Shown here: one piece after another, positions 1 through 9,732 of the stretch | How the letters are laid out: each line of letters opens with the position of its first letter | Numbering within the stretch: position 1 is the stretch's first letter | Assembly (NCBI GenBank): GCA_024639965.1 | Contig: JAHEGC010000011.1 | Location: 12,263-76,262 of the forward strand | Origin: Micrococcales bacterium | GTDB taxonomy: Bacteria; Actinomycetota; Actinomycetes; Actinomycetales; Microbacteriaceae | Length of the DNA stretch: 64,000 nt | Reading direction: 5' to 3' | Notes under the pieces: generated by a model | Database searches by the model: none | Seen by the model: the letters and a program-made list of their open reading frames with translations, nothing else | Told to the model about the DNA's origin: nothing | Position numbers and translations under genes: made by a program

Positions 1-430
1 GAGCAAGGCGGAGGCCGACGAAATCGTCGAGAAGTCACTCAAGAGCGCGAACCTCTGGAAAGAGGTGAAGGATCGACTCGACAAGCCGGGAGGCGGGCTC
101 TCGGGGGGTCAGCAGCAGCGTCTGTGTATCGCTCGCGCAATCGCGATCAAACCCCGCGTCCTTCTCATGGACGAGCCGACGTCGGCGCTCGACCCCATCT
201 CGACGCAGGCGATCGAAGATCTCGTGTCGCAGTTGAAGAAGGATTACACCATCGTCATCGTGACCCACAACATGCAGCAAGCCGCGCGCATCTCGGATCG
301 AACCGCGTTCTTCAACATCGCGGGGGCGGGCGAGCCGGGACGACTGATCGAGTTCGACACGACGTCGACCATCTTCTCCAACCCGAAGGAACGCAACACC
401 GAGGATTACATCTCCGGTCGTTTCGGCTAG
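1..430 (+). CDS. pstB: Phosphate ABC transporter ATP-binding protein PstB (5' end outside window)
   Basis: Frame is open from the window edge. ABC signature [14 protein letters not shown], Walker [13 protein letters not shown]-loop VTHNMQQA, and a PstB-type C-terminus EDYISGRFG. Confidence 0.9.
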   Translation, partial: SKAEADEIVEKSLKSANLWKEVKDRLDKPGGGLSGGQQQRLCIARAIAIKPRVLLMDEPTSALDPISTQAIEDLVSQLKKDYTIVIVTHNMQQAARISDRTAFFNIAGAGEPGRLIEFDTTSTIFSNPKERNTEDYISGRFG

Positions 431-431
431 A

Positions 432-704
432 TCAGCGGGTCGTCAACTCGAGGAACTCGGGGTGACGACGGATGACGACGGGGACGAACGGACACACCCC
501 GACGATTCGGTAGTCGGTGTTGTCGCGGAACCATTCGAGCACACCGACCACGAGTTCGGTTCCCGCTCCCGTATTGCGCATCGTCGGCAAAACCTCGGTG
601 TGGTACAGCCGAGCGACACTGTCGCGAACCTCGAAATCGACCCACCCAGCGGCGACACCGTCACGGTAGCCCGTGGCGCGTTCCCCTTCGACGACGATGT
701 TCAT
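432..704 (-). CDS. Small GNAT-family N-acetyltransferase-like protein (about 90 aa)
   Basis: ORF 432..788. I chose the internal ATG at 704 (MNIVVEGE...) because the longer start overlaps the 3' end of the MFS gene. Resembles the short YjdJ-type GNAT proteins. Confidence 0.55.
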   Translation of the reverse strand: MNIVVEGERATGYRDGVAAGWVDFEVRDSVARLYHTEVLPTMRNTGAGTELVVGVLEWFRDNTDYRIVGVCPFVPVVIRRHPEFLELTTR

Positions 705-712
705 CGTGACTC

Positions 713-2347
713 CTAGTGAGCCGCCGCCGCGGCCGCAGCCTCTTGGTGGCCCGCCTTCTCGCGAAGTGGTTCGGCTTTGATGAACCACGACAGTGCGAAT
801 GCGATGACGGCGATGACGAGGGCGACCGCGTACACCGACTGTGCGGCGACCGCGAAGCCCTCGACGAACGGCGCTTTAAGCACGGAGGCTGCTCCGTTAA
901 GGAACGACGTGTTCCCTGTGAGCGAACCGCTCAGCGAACCCGGGTCGGCCGACGCGCTCGAGAACAGCTCGATGATGCCCTTGTTGGCAGGGTCGTTGGC
1001 GATCGTCGGGTCCTGGAGGGCCGCACCGATTGACTTCTGGGTCTCGGTGCGCGAGAACACGTCTTTGAGCACCTCGGGAATGCGCCCGAACAGAACGGAG
1101 AACAGCACCGCGGTTCCGAGAGTTCCACCGATCTGACGGAAGAAGGTCGCTCCGGCGGTCGCGACACCCATCTGGCGGGGCTCCACCGCGTTCTGGCTCG
1201 CGATCGTGAGGGTCTGCATCATGAGCCCCAATCCAAGACCGACCATAAGCATTCCGACCATAAGGAACATGAGGTCGGAATCCTTGTTGATTTGGATGAG
1301 CCACGAGAATGCGAGAACAAGAAGCCCCGTACCGATGATCGGGAGGATCTTGTATTTGCCCGTCTTCGAGATGATGCGGCCGCCCACCGCGGTGGCGGTC
1401 ATCATGCCGAGCACCATCGGGAGCATCTGCATTCCACTCTCGGTCGGGGTCGACCCTACGACGAGCTGGAGGAAGAGCGGGATCGTCATCATCGCGCCGA
1501 ACATCGCGAAACCGATGAGAACACCGAGGATCGTGATTTGGCTGAACGTGACTGACTTGAAGAGCGAGAGTGGGATGAGGGCGCTCTCCTTCATGCGTGC
1601 CTCAGCGATGATGAAACTGATGATTCCGAGGAGTCCGAGCGAGTACATGAGAATCGAATTCCACGACAGCCAGCCCCACTCACGACCCTGTTCGGCGACG
1701 AGGAGGAGAGGTACGACCGCGAGGATGACCGTGATGACGCCGAGCCAGTCGACCGCAACGTTGTGGCGAATCTGCGGAACGTGGAGGAATCGCCACACCA
1801 TGTACACCGCGACTGCGCCGATCGGGATGTTGATGAGGAACACCCAACGCCATCCGTCGATCCAGAAGATCTGGTCGGCACCGGCGAAGAAACCGCCGAC
1901 GAGCGGACCGAGCACGCTCGACGAGCCGAACACGGCGATGAAGAACCCCTGGTACTTCGCGCGCTCACGCGGCGCGACCATGTCGGCGATGATCGTGAAG
2001 GCGAGTGACATGAGCCCACCGCCACCGATTCCCTGAATTGCACGGAAGGCGGCGAGTGCCGGCATCGACCACGCAAAGCCCGAAGCGATGGATCCGAGAA
2101 GGAAGATGATGATCGACCACATGTAGATGGGACGACGTCCGTAGATGTCGGAGAGCTTGCCCGCAATGGGGGTGATGACCGTCGAGGTGATGAGGTATGC
2201 CGTGGTCACCCACGCCTGCATCGCCAAGCCATTGAGGTCGTCCGAAATGGTGCGCATCGCGGTTCCGACGACGGTTTGGTCGAGGGCGGAGAGGAACATT
2301 CCCGACATGAGGCCGACCAAAACAAGCCAAATTTCGCGGGGGTTCAT
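713..2347 (-). CDS. MFS transporter, DHA2 (EmrB/QacA-like, 14-TMS) family
   Basis: 544 aa from ATG 2347 (MNPREIWLVLVGL...). MFS motifs LSALDQTVVGTAMRTI and GKLSDIYGRRP, and many TM segments. The ORF-track extension to 3127 is antisense to the peptidase gene. Confidence 0.85.
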   Translation of the reverse strand: MNPREIWLVLVGLMSGMFLSALDQTVVGTAMRTISDDLNGLAMQAWVTTAYLITSTVITPIAGKLSDIYGRRPIYMWSIIIFLLGSIASGFAWSMPALAAFRAIQGIGGGGLMSLAFTIIADMVAPRERAKYQGFFIAVFGSSSVLGPLVGGFFAGADQIFWIDGWRWVFLINIPIGAVAVYMVWRFLHVPQIRHNVAVDWLGVITVILAVVPLLLVAEQGREWGWLSWNSILMYSLGLLGIISFIIAEARMKESALIPLSLFKSVTFSQITILGVLIGFAMFGAMMTIPLFLQLVVGSTPTESGMQMLPMVLGMMTATAVGGRIISKTGKYKILPIIGTGLLVLAFSWLIQINKDSDLMFLMVGMLMVGLGLGLMMQTLTIASQNAVEPRQMGVATAGATFFRQIGGTLGTAVLFSVLFGRIPEVLKDVFSRTETQKSIGAALQDPTIANDPANKGIIELFSSASADPGSLSGSLTGNTSFLNGAASVLKAPFVEGFAVAAQSVYAVALVIAVIAFALSWFIKAEPLREKAGHQEAAAAAAAH

Positions 2348-2425
2348 GGCTTCCGCGGAGTGGGAATTCTTCTTTGTCTCTGTTTTAGGCACGCCCGCAA
2401 TCCTACGCCCGCTACCCTTGTGGGA

Positions 2426-3193
2426 ATGACCACCCTTCGCCTTCTGCCACTCGCCGTTGCCGCTCTCCTGGCGGGATGCGTGGCGTCCCCCGCGCTCGAT
2501 ATTCCCGCACCAGTTCAGGAGTCCGCGGTCGCGGCGGAGACCCCGACGCCGACCCCGACGCCCGAGAGCGTGGACCCGCCCGCGTTCGACCGCACCCAAT
2601 ATTCGATCGATTCGGCCGACTCGATTTGGGTTGTCGCAAACAAGACGCGCCGACTCTCGCCGAAGAAGTTCGTCCCGTCGGACCTCGTCACGATGGACGT
2701 GCCGCACACCTACGACCCGACGCTCCGACGCGAGGCCGCGAAGTCCTACCGGACGATGCTCCGCGCGGCGACCCGCGATGGGAAGTCCCTCGTTGTCCAG
2801 AGCGCGTACCGCTCTTACGCGACGCAGGTCTCCGTCTATAACGGATGGGTCAACCAACTGGGTCGCCACGGCGCCGACCTTCAGAGCGCACGACCCGGCT
2901 ATTCCGAGCATCAGATCGGGCTTTCCGTGGACATCGCGGCGGCGTCGCGCGCGTGCACGATCCAGGCGTGTTTCTCCGACACCCCCGAGGGCAAGTGGCT
3001 CACCAAGCACGCGTGGGAGTACGGCTGGGTTCTCCGATACCCCAAGGGAAAGACCAACATCACCGGGTACAAATACGAACCGTGGCACTGGCGTTATGTG
3101 GGAATCCCGCTCGCCGAGCAGATCCACCTCATCGGCGCAAAAGAGACGCTCGAGGAGTTCTGGGAACTCCCCGCGGCTCCCGATTACCTCTAA
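2426..3193 (+). CDS. D-alanyl-D-alanine carboxypeptidase family (VanY/M15B) lipoprotein
   Basis: Start at ATG 2426 (MTTLRLLPLAVAALLAGC, lipobox LAGC). M15 zinc-peptidase motifs SAYRSY, SEHQIGLSVD and EPWHWRYVG. Confidence 0.85.
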   Translation: MTTLRLLPLAVAALLAGCVASPALDIPAPVQESAVAAETPTPTPTPESVDPPAFDRTQYSIDSADSIWVVANKTRRLSPKKFVPSDLVTMDVPHTYDPTLRREAAKSYRTMLRAATRDGKSLVVQSAYRSYATQVSVYNGWVNQLGRHGADLQSARPGYSEHQIGLSVDIAAASRACTIQACFSDTPEGKWLTKHAWEYGWVLRYPKGKTNITGYKYEPWHWRYVGIPLAEQIHLIGAKETLEEFWELPAAPDYL

Positions 3194-3256
3194 GTTCGGC
3201 TCTCCCGCGCCGATTCGGGCGATAGTCTGGAAATCCCGAAACGGAAAGGAGCCGCG

Positions 3257-4180
3257 ATGACCTACGCGTATTTAGGACCCGTCGGCACCTTTACGTGGAC
3301 CGCCCTCGGGCAGGTCGAGGAGGCCGCCGGTCGCGACTGGCTGGCCGTCAACAACGTCGGTGAGGCGCTCGCCGCGGTGTTCGACGGACGCGCCGAAGCG
3401 GCGATGATCGCGGTCGAAAACTCGGTCGAAGGTGGTGTTAGCGCGGCTCAGGACGCGCTCGCCGCTTCGACCGGCTTGCAAATCCTCGGCGAATACCTGG
3501 TACCCGTCAACTTCGACGTCGTCGTGCGACCGGGAACGGCGCTCGCGGACGTTCGCGTCGTCGTTGCGCACCCCGTCGCCTACGCCCAGTGCAGAGCGTG
3601 GCTCGATGCGAACCTGCCCAAGCACGAACACTTGCCGTCTACCTCCAACGTCGCCGCCGCCCGCGAGCTCATGGAGGGTGACCGAGGCGACGCGGCTATT
3701 GCACCCGCCGGTTTTGACGCGCACGCGGATCTCGACACCATCGCGGCTTCCATCGGAGACAACCCCACTGCGGTGACCCGTTTCGTTCTCATCGGCCGTC
3801 GTCGAGCGGTCGCTCCGCGCACGGGTACCGACAAGACGACCGTCATCGTGGAATTACCCGACGACCGACCCGGTGGCCTCCTCGAAATGCTCGAACAGTT
3901 CGCGACGCGCGGCGTCAACCTGTCGCTCCTCGAATCCCGTCCCATTGGCGATTCGCTCGGCCGGTACCGATTCGTCATCGACATCGACGGACATGTCGAC
4001 GACGAACGTGTCGCCGACGCCCTCCGCGGCCTTAAGCGATACAGCCCCGGCGTGCAGTTCCTCGGGTCGTACCGTCGTGCCGATGGCCACCGACCCGTAG
4101 TCCCCGTCCACTATTCGGACGAGGCGTTCGTCGATGCGCGTGAGTGGCTCGACCGTCTCGTCTCGGGAGCCGAGGAGTAA
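3257..4180 (+). CDS. pheA: Prephenate dehydratase
   Basis: PDT domain (YLGPVGTFT...) followed by a C-terminal ACT-like segment ([24 protein letters not shown]). Confidence 0.85.
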   Translation: MTYAYLGPVGTFTWTALGQVEEAAGRDWLAVNNVGEALAAVFDGRAEAAMIAVENSVEGGVSAAQDALAASTGLQILGEYLVPVNFDVVVRPGTALADVRVVVAHPVAYAQCRAWLDANLPKHEHLPSTSNVAAARELMEGDRGDAAIAPAGFDAHADLDTIAASIGDNPTAVTRFVLIGRRRAVAPRTGTDKTTVIVELPDDRPGGLLEMLEQFATRGVNLSLLESRPIGDSLGRYRFVIDIDGHVDDERVADALRGLKRYSPGVQFLGSYRRADGHRPVVPVHYSDEAFVDAREWLDRLVSGAEE

Positions 4181-4182
4181 TC

Positions 4183-5448
4183 GTGATTGACCCTCAGATT
4201 CTTCGATCGAACCCGGATGTGGTGCGCGCGTCGCTTGCCGCCCGCCGGGACGACGAGTCCGTCGTCGATCGCGCCATTGCCGCCGATCTCGCCCGTCGTG
4301 ACGCCATCGCCGCGTTCGAGACGCTGCGCGCCGAACAGAACTCACACGGAAAACTCGTCGCGGCTGCTCCCAAGGAGGAGAAGGCGGCGCTCGTCGCCGC
4401 AGCGCAGGATCTCGCCGAGCGAGTAAAAGCCGCCGATCGCGCCGCGACCGACGCGGGCGAGGAATTCACCCGCATCGCCGGCGGCATCGGCAACGTCATC
4501 ATCGACGGTGTCCCCGCGGGTGGTGAAGAAGACTTCGTGACGCTGCGCGAGGTGGGAACCATTCCCACGTTCGACTTCGAACCGCGTGACCACCTCGAAC
4601 TGGGCGAAATGCTGGGCGCCATCGACATCGCTCGCGGAGTCAAGGTGTCGGGTTCGCGCTTTTACTTCCTGTCGGGTATCGGGGCACGCCTCGAAATCGC
4701 GCTCATGTCGCTCGCCCTCGACCGCGCACTCGCCGAGGGGTTCACGCCCCTCATCACGCCGACTCTCGTGAGCCCCGCGATCATGCAGGGAACGGGTTTC
4801 CTCGGCGCGCACTCCGACGAGATCTATTACCTTCCCGAAGACGAGTTGTATTTGACGGGCACAAGCGAGGTAGCTCTCGCCGGGTTCCACTCTGAGGAGA
4901 TCCTCGACCTCTCCGCCGGACCGAAACGTTACGCCGGCTGGTCGACCTGTTATCGCCGTGAGGCCGGGTCGTACGGCAAAGACACCCGCGGCATCCTCCG
5001 CGTTCACCAGTTCAACAAGCTCGAGATGTTCTCCTACTGCGCGCCGGCCGACGCCGAGGCAGAGCACGATCGTCTCGTCGGGTGGCAGGAGTCGATGTTG
5101 CAACTGCTTGGACTCAGTTACCGCGTTATTGATGTCGCCGCGGGCGACCTCGGTTCCTCGGCCGCACGCAAGTTCGACATCGAAGCGTGGATTCCGACCC
5201 AGGGCACGTACCGCGAGTTGACGTCGACCTCGAACTGCACCACGTTCCAGGCACGTCGACTCAACATCCGTCACCGTCCCGACGGTGGCGCGACGGAGAC
5301 GGTCGCGACGCTCAACGGAACCCTGGCGACGACGCGATGGCTCGTCGCATTACTCGAAACGCACCAGAACTCGGACGGCTCGGTCACGATCCCGGAGGCG
5401 TTGCGACCATACCTCGGCGGGCTCGCCGTGGCGGAACCCGTTTCGTGA
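4183..5448 (+). CDS. serS: Seryl-tRNA synthetase
   Basis: GTG 4183 gives the typical start [11 protein letters not shown]. Class II aaRS motifs follow ([33 protein letters not shown]). The 4144 start would overlap pheA. Confidence 0.93.
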   Translation: MIDPQILRSNPDVVRASLAARRDDESVVDRAIAADLARRDAIAAFETLRAEQNSHGKLVAAAPKEEKAALVAAAQDLAERVKAADRAATDAGEEFTRIAGGIGNVIIDGVPAGGEEDFVTLREVGTIPTFDFEPRDHLELGEMLGAIDIARGVKVSGSRFYFLSGIGARLEIALMSLALDRALAEGFTPLITPTLVSPAIMQGTGFLGAHSDEIYYLPEDELYLTGTSEVALAGFHSEEILDLSAGPKRYAGWSTCYRREAGSYGKDTRGILRVHQFNKLEMFSYCAPADAEAEHDRLVGWQESMLQLLGLSYRVIDVAAGDLGSSAARKFDIEAWIPTQGTYRELTSTSNCTTFQARRLNIRHRPDGGATETVATLNGTLATTRWLVALLETHQNSDGSVTIPEALRPYLGGLAVAEPVS

Positions 5449-6263
5449 CGGTGGGCGACATCGAACCCTGGCTCGTCGCGATCGACATCGACGGAACACT
5501 CATTTCCGATGAGGGGCACCTCAATCCTCGAACCGTTCACGAGGTGAATCGTCTGGTCGAACGGGGGCACGTTGTCACCATCGCAACGGGACGATCCGTT
5601 CCCTGGTCGATGCCCGTCATTGAGCAATTGGGTATCACGCCGGAATTCATCGTGTGCGCCAATGGCGCGATCATCATCCGCCGGGACGACGAATCCACCA
5701 CGGGATACGTTCGCGACACCGTGGAGGTGTTCAACCCCAACGAGATTTTGTTGGCGATGAATCGCACAATCCCGGACGCGCACTACGCGGTCGAAGATGT
5801 CGACGGAACGCTGCGGTACATCGGCTGGTTCCCCGAAGGAAACGTCCACGTTCACACGCAACGCGTTGACACGTTCGAGGAACTCTTGACGGACGAGGCG
5901 ACGCGCGTCGTCGTCATCGCGCCCAAGGCGCGCGAAGACTATTTCACCGACGTCGTCTCGATGCTGGGATTACACAAGGTGACCTATTCAATCGGTTACA
6001 CCTCGTGGCTCGACATCGGACCGGATGGCGTCAACAAGTCGACGGCACTGGAGAAGGTGCGCGACCGCCTCGGAATCCCGCGCGATCGCGTCATGGCGCT
6101 CGGTGACGGCCGCAACGACATCGACATGCTCGAATGGGCGAGTGAGTTCGGGCGCGGAATCGCGATGGGGCAAGCGCCCGAAGAGGTGCGCTTCGCGGCC
6201 AACGAAGTGACTCTCGACGAGGCCGACGGCGGTCTTCCCTCGGCACTCGCCACGCTCGACTGA
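5445..6263 (+). CDS. Cof-type HAD-IIB family hydrolase
   Basis: GTG 5445 overlaps the serS stop. HAD motif I is [10 protein letters not shown] and the C-terminal motif is [12 protein letters not shown]. Confidence 0.8.
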   Translation: MTVGDIEPWLVAIDIDGTLISDEGHLNPRTVHEVNRLVERGHVVTIATGRSVPWSMPVIEQLGITPEFIVCANGAIIIRRDDESTTGYVRDTVEVFNPNEILLAMNRTIPDAHYAVEDVDGTLRYIGWFPEGNVHVHTQRVDTFEELLTDEATRVVVIAPKAREDYFTDVVSMLGLHKVTYSIGYTSWLDIGPDGVNKSTALEKVRDRLGIPRDRVMALGDGRNDIDMLEWASEFGRGIAMGQAPEEVRFAANEVTLDEADGGLPSALATLD

Positions 6264-6294
6264 CGACCCCGTTTCCCTCGGGTAAACTATTGGC

Positions 6295-6379
6295 GGAGGG
6301 CTGTCCGAGCGGCCGATGGAGCTGGTCTTGAAAACCAGTGGGCAGCAATGTCTCGTGGGTTCGAATCCCACGCCCTCCG
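6295..6379 (+). tRNA. tRNA-Ser (anticodon TGA)
   Basis: Hand-folded cloverleaf. Acceptor GGAGGGC/GCCCTCC, anticodon arm CTGGT-cTTGAaa-ACCAG, long variable arm, T arm GTGGG-TTCGAAT-CCCAC, discriminator G. Confidence 0.85.
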
Positions 6380-6400
6380 CGCCAAAACCCGAGGAGAACT

Positions 6401-7627
6401 GTGGCCGAGAAGAAGATTCGCACCCCCCGCTTCACTAAGCGTGCTGAGGCGACCCCGTTGCCTCGCCACGCCGCGTCTTCGCCGCGTCGCCCCTGGGCGA
6501 CCATTCTCCGCGTGATCGGGTTGACACTCGCCGTCGTTCTCGTGTCGGCTACCGCCGTCGTGGGAATCACCGCGTGGAAGATTCGTTCCTCCATCGTGAC
6601 CGAGGCAATCGGTGGCGAGGTGGGAACCGACGAAGAGATTCGCCTCGCGTCCATCGGTGAAATGCAGGGTGCGTTCAACATTCTCATCGTCGGGACTGAC
6701 ACCCGTGACGGTCAGCGCTCCCGTTTCGGAGACCTCTCCTCGGCCCTCAACGACGTCAACATCGTGGTTCACGTCTCCGAAGATCACACCCGTGCGACCG
6801 CGGTGTCAATCCCGCGCGACATGGTCGTCCCGCTTCCTGCCTGTCCCCGCCCCGACGGTTCGTCGAGCGGTGCGGCATCGGGCCTCCCCATCAACACAGC
6901 GCTGTCCTACGGAGGCCTCAACTGTGTCGTCTTGACGGTTCAGCAGCTCACCGGTCTCAAGATCAAATACGCCGGACTCGTCACCTTTGGTGGCGTTGCC
7001 GCACTCTCCAACGCCATCGGCGGTGTCGAGGTGTGTGTCAATGCCCCCATTCACGACCAATACACCGGCCTCGACCTCCCCAAAGCAGGCAAGTACACGC
7101 TCGCAGGCTGGCGCGCGCTCGCATTCCTCCGCTCGCGCCACGGCGTTGGTGATGGTTCCGACCTCGGTCGAATTTCTTCGCAGCAGGTTTACCTCTCGTC
7201 ACTCGTTCGCAAGATCCAAGACGAGGGAGTCCTCCTCAACCCCGCGATGGTTTATGGGCTCGCGTCGACGGCAGCTCAGTCGATGACCCTCTCGCGTTCG
7301 CTCTCCAGCGTCGACACGATGGTTGCGATGGCACTCGTGCTCAAGGACATCCCTCGCGAGAACATCATTTTCGCGCAGTACCCCGGCACGACGGGCGTCG
7401 GTGGAATCTACACGGGCAAGGTGGCGCCGCTGACGGAGGTCGCGAATACGCTCTTCGCCGCGATTCGTAAGGACAAACCGTTCCGACTCGCCACCGATTC
7501 CACGGGACCCGGTTCGACCATCAAGGGCAAGCCTAAGGATGCCGAAAGCGCCAAGGGCCCCGTGATTCCGGGAGTTTTGGGCCAGAGCGCCGCACAGGAG
7601 ACCTGTTCGGTGGCGTACCACTACTAG
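6401..7627 (+). CDS. LCP (LytR-CpsA-Psr) family cell-wall glycopolymer ligase
   Basis: GTG 6401 is preceded by GAGGAG. N-terminal TM anchor, then the LCP core (NILIVGTDTR..., SIPRDMVV, WRALAFLRSRH, DLGRISSQQ). Confidence 0.85.
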   Translation: MAEKKIRTPRFTKRAEATPLPRHAASSPRRPWATILRVIGLTLAVVLVSATAVVGITAWKIRSSIVTEAIGGEVGTDEEIRLASIGEMQGAFNILIVGTDTRDGQRSRFGDLSSALNDVNIVVHVSEDHTRATAVSIPRDMVVPLPACPRPDGSSSGAASGLPINTALSYGGLNCVVLTVQQLTGLKIKYAGLVTFGGVAALSNAIGGVEVCVNAPIHDQYTGLDLPKAGKYTLAGWRALAFLRSRHGVGDGSDLGRISSQQVYLSSLVRKIQDEGVLLNPAMVYGLASTAAQSMTLSRSLSSVDTMVAMALVLKDIPRENIIFAQYPGTTGVGGIYTGKVAPLTEVANTLFAAIRKDKPFRLATDSTGPGSTIKGKPKDAESAKGPVIPGVLGQSAAQETCSVAYHY

Positions 7628-7635
7628 GAGCCACA

Positions 7636-8562
7636 ATCTCCGTTCGGATTGTTCTTCACATCGGCCCCATGAAGACGGGGACCGAGGCGCTCTCTGCGCG
7701 CTTCGTCGGCGCCGACCTGCCACCGTCGCTCATCGTTCCTCACGGGGACACCTGGACCCAGCCGCGCGCCGATGTGATCAAGCACCCCGAAATCATTCAC
7801 CTCGGAAAGCGCCGCGGTGCCGAAATTGATCGGCGCATCGGTGAAGTCGTTGCCGAAGCGCGAACGCGAAACCTGCCGAAGGTCACGATCCTGTTCATCG
7901 CCGAAGGCGTGAACGTGGTTCGGCAATCGTGGCGAATCGCCGAGCGTCTCGCGTCTCACGCCGATGAGGTCGAAATTGTGTTGTTCGCTCGCGGTCAGGT
8001 TTCCGCCGTTCCAAGTTGGATCGCACAGCGTGTTCAGTCGTGGAAAGAGACCAAGTTCGCCTCTCTAGACTTCGAACTCGATACCATCCCCGCCGGATCG
8101 AGTTATCGATACAACGAAATCGCCGCAGCATGGACCGGGCCGACCCACACCCTGACCGTCATCCCGCACCTCGAATCGGATCGCAAGGGCGATGCGCTCA
8201 TGGCCCGATTCGCGTCGTGGGCCAAAATCCCCGTACCGGACGATTCGGGTTCCCGCGTCAACGAGTCACTTGGGCGCGACGACCTTGTCGAACTGGCGGA
8301 ATTCAAGCGTCGATGGGCATGGGCTCGGGTTACTCCCGTTTCCAACGCAATCGCGACGGTGTTGTTCAACCGTATGCGTGCGCGATTCCGTCGCAACCCG
8401 AGGCCTCGCTGGGCGCTCACGCCCGCACAGAAGCGGGCAATCGCGGACTCTTATCTCGAATCGAATCGCGATCTCAAGAAGTTGCTCGGAAGCCAAGCCC
8501 GACGTGACGACTGGAAAGCGTGGTTCACCGAGGTCGAGAAATTCGCCTCGAATTCTCGATAA
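7636..8562 (+). CDS. Sulfotransferase-fold paralogue 1 (divergent family; start codon uncertain)
   Basis: Paralogue of 8719..9732 and 9732..10742. Has a degenerate PAPS 5'-phosphosulfate-loop-like HIGPMKTGTE and a 3'-phosphate-type R-x7-S (FARGQVSAVPS). The first canonical start (ATG 7669) lies inside the loop motif. AGGAG-N5-ATC at 7626..7638 would restore the conserved N-terminus. Confidence 0.5.
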   Translation: MSVRIVLHIGPMKTGTEALSARFVGADLPPSLIVPHGDTWTQPRADVIKHPEIIHLGKRRGAEIDRRIGEVVAEARTRNLPKVTILFIAEGVNVVRQSWRIAERLASHADEVEIVLFARGQVSAVPSWIAQRVQSWKETKFASLDFELDTIPAGSSYRYNEIAAAWTGPTHTLTVIPHLESDRKGDALMARFASWAKIPVPDDSGSRVNESLGRDDLVELAEFKRRWAWARVTPVSNAIATVLFNRMRARFRRNPRPRWALTPAQKRAIADSYLESNRDLKKLLGSQARRDDWKAWFTEVEKFASNSR

Positions 8563-8578
8563 CATGGAGTGTTGTACT

Positions 8579-8668
8579 GGAGACGTCGCATAGTTCGGCC
8601 TAGTGCACCACCCTGCTAAGGTGGAGTTCCTTTTTTGGGAACCGTGGGTTCAAATCCCACCGTCTCCG
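8579..8668 (+). tRNA. tRNA-Ser (anticodon GCT)
   Basis: Acceptor GGAGACG/CGTCTCC, anticodon arm CCACC-cTGCTaa-GGTGG, long variable arm, T arm GTGGG-TTCAAAT-CCCAC, discriminator G. Confidence 0.85.
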
Positions 8669-8718
8669 CTCGTCGGGCTGTTGAGCCCCACTCAATGTTC
8701 ATTTCGGGAGGACGGCCC

Positions 8719-9732
8719 ATGTCGAAGCCCAAGGCGATAATTCACATCGGACCCATGAAAACCGGAACCACGGCGTTGGGGTACTACTTTTCCGCTGCAA
8801 CCCGAGAGGGAATCCTTCCCGACAACGTGATTTATCCGTCCGGCGATTTGTGGTTCCCCGCTGCCGGAAAAATCGTCAAGCACAACGCGTTGTTCGATTT
8901 CATCTCCGACGAGACAAACACTCCGCGTTTCCGCAAGACAGCGGTTCAGACTCCTTCCGCCGTCGAAGAGAAGGTCCGCTTGGCCGCGGAATTCGCCGCC
9001 GGCCGTGGACGGGGCGCCACCGTCGTGTTCATCAGCGAGACACTCTCGGGTCGAAAGAACTCGCCGGAGCTCGTCACCATGATGTTGAAGTATTTCGAAT
9101 CGATCACGCTTGTTCTCAGCATCCGTTCATTCGCTGCGTCGGGGATGTCCTTCCTCGTTCACCGAATCAAGGATTGGCGCATCGAGCAACACGATCTGGA
9201 CCTTCTCGCCATGCTCCGCACGGGCGGAGAAAACTTCGGTGAGCGTTTCGTTTCCCGTATCGAACGATGGAAGGCGATTCCGAAAACCACTCTGGTTCTC
9301 GTTCCCTATTTCGAACAAGAGAACGATGGCTATTCCAGTGTCGATCGCTTTTACTCGCTGCTCACCGGTTCACCAGCGCCTCGCCTCGCCGAGGATTTCG
9401 GGTCCAAGCGTGTGCATCCCAGCCTGCCGCTCAATTCCCTCAAGCGGCTGATCAGCGTAAAACGCATCGGCCATCGCTTCGGTACACGCAGCCCTTTGGC
9501 GAAACTCGCACAGCTCCTCTTCATGCGAATCCTCGAACGAGACCGTTCGAAATCGATGTATTCGGGATTCGGCGAGCGGAACGCGGCCAAAGGCGACTGG
9601 GAGCTGACCGCCGCTGAGCGTGATGAAATTCGGCGCGCGTACGCACCGTCGTACGCCGCAATCAGGAAGCAACTGGGGTCAACGGCGAACTCCGACGAAT
9701 GGGAGCGGTGGTTCGCCGCCGAGGGCGTGTGA
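8719..9732 (+). CDS. Sulfotransferase-fold paralogue 2 (divergent family)
   Basis: ATG 8719 follows GGGAGGA; the ORF-track start 8635 overlaps the tRNA. Motifs: IIHIGPMKTGTT (compare HIPKTGGT[ST] of family-2 sulfotransferases), R-x7-S in LSIRSFAASGMS, and the C-terminal DEWERWF shared with the other paralogues. Confidence 0.55.
   Translation: MSKPKAIIHIGPMKTGTTALGYYFSAATREGILPDNVIYPSGDLWFPAAGKIVKHNALFDFISDETNTPRFRKTAVQTPSAVEEKVRLAAEFAAGRGRGATVVFISETLSGRKNSPELVTMMLKYFESITLVLSIRSFAASGMSFLVHRIKDWRIEQHDLDLLAMLRTGGENFGERFVSRIERWKAIPKTTLVLVPYFEQENDGYSSVDRFYSLLTGSPAPRLAEDFGSKRVHPSLPLNSLKRLISVKRIGHRFGTRSPLAKLAQLLFMRILERDRSKSMYSGFGERNAAKGDWELTAAERDEIRRAYAPSYAAIRKQLGSTANSDEWERWFAAEGV

Noticed and set aside
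2348-3127. N-terminal extension of the MFS ORF (the 804-aa version)
   Set aside because: The extension is antisense to the M15 peptidase gene and is Arg/Gly-rich. The MFS homology starts at MNPREIW (ATG 2347).
6293-6384. Alternative tRNA-Ser(TGA) boundaries with an encoded CCA end
   Set aside because: GCGGAGG/CCTCCGC plus GCCA can be paired, but that register leaves no proper junction between the T arm and the acceptor stem. The 6295..6379 fold fits the standard cloverleaf, so the CCA looks fortuitous.
8635-8718. Longer start for sulfotransferase-fold paralogue 2
   Set aside because: It would overlap the 3' half of tRNA-Ser(GCT). ATG 8719 has a GGGAGGA ribosome-binding site and gives an N-terminus that aligns with paralogue 3.
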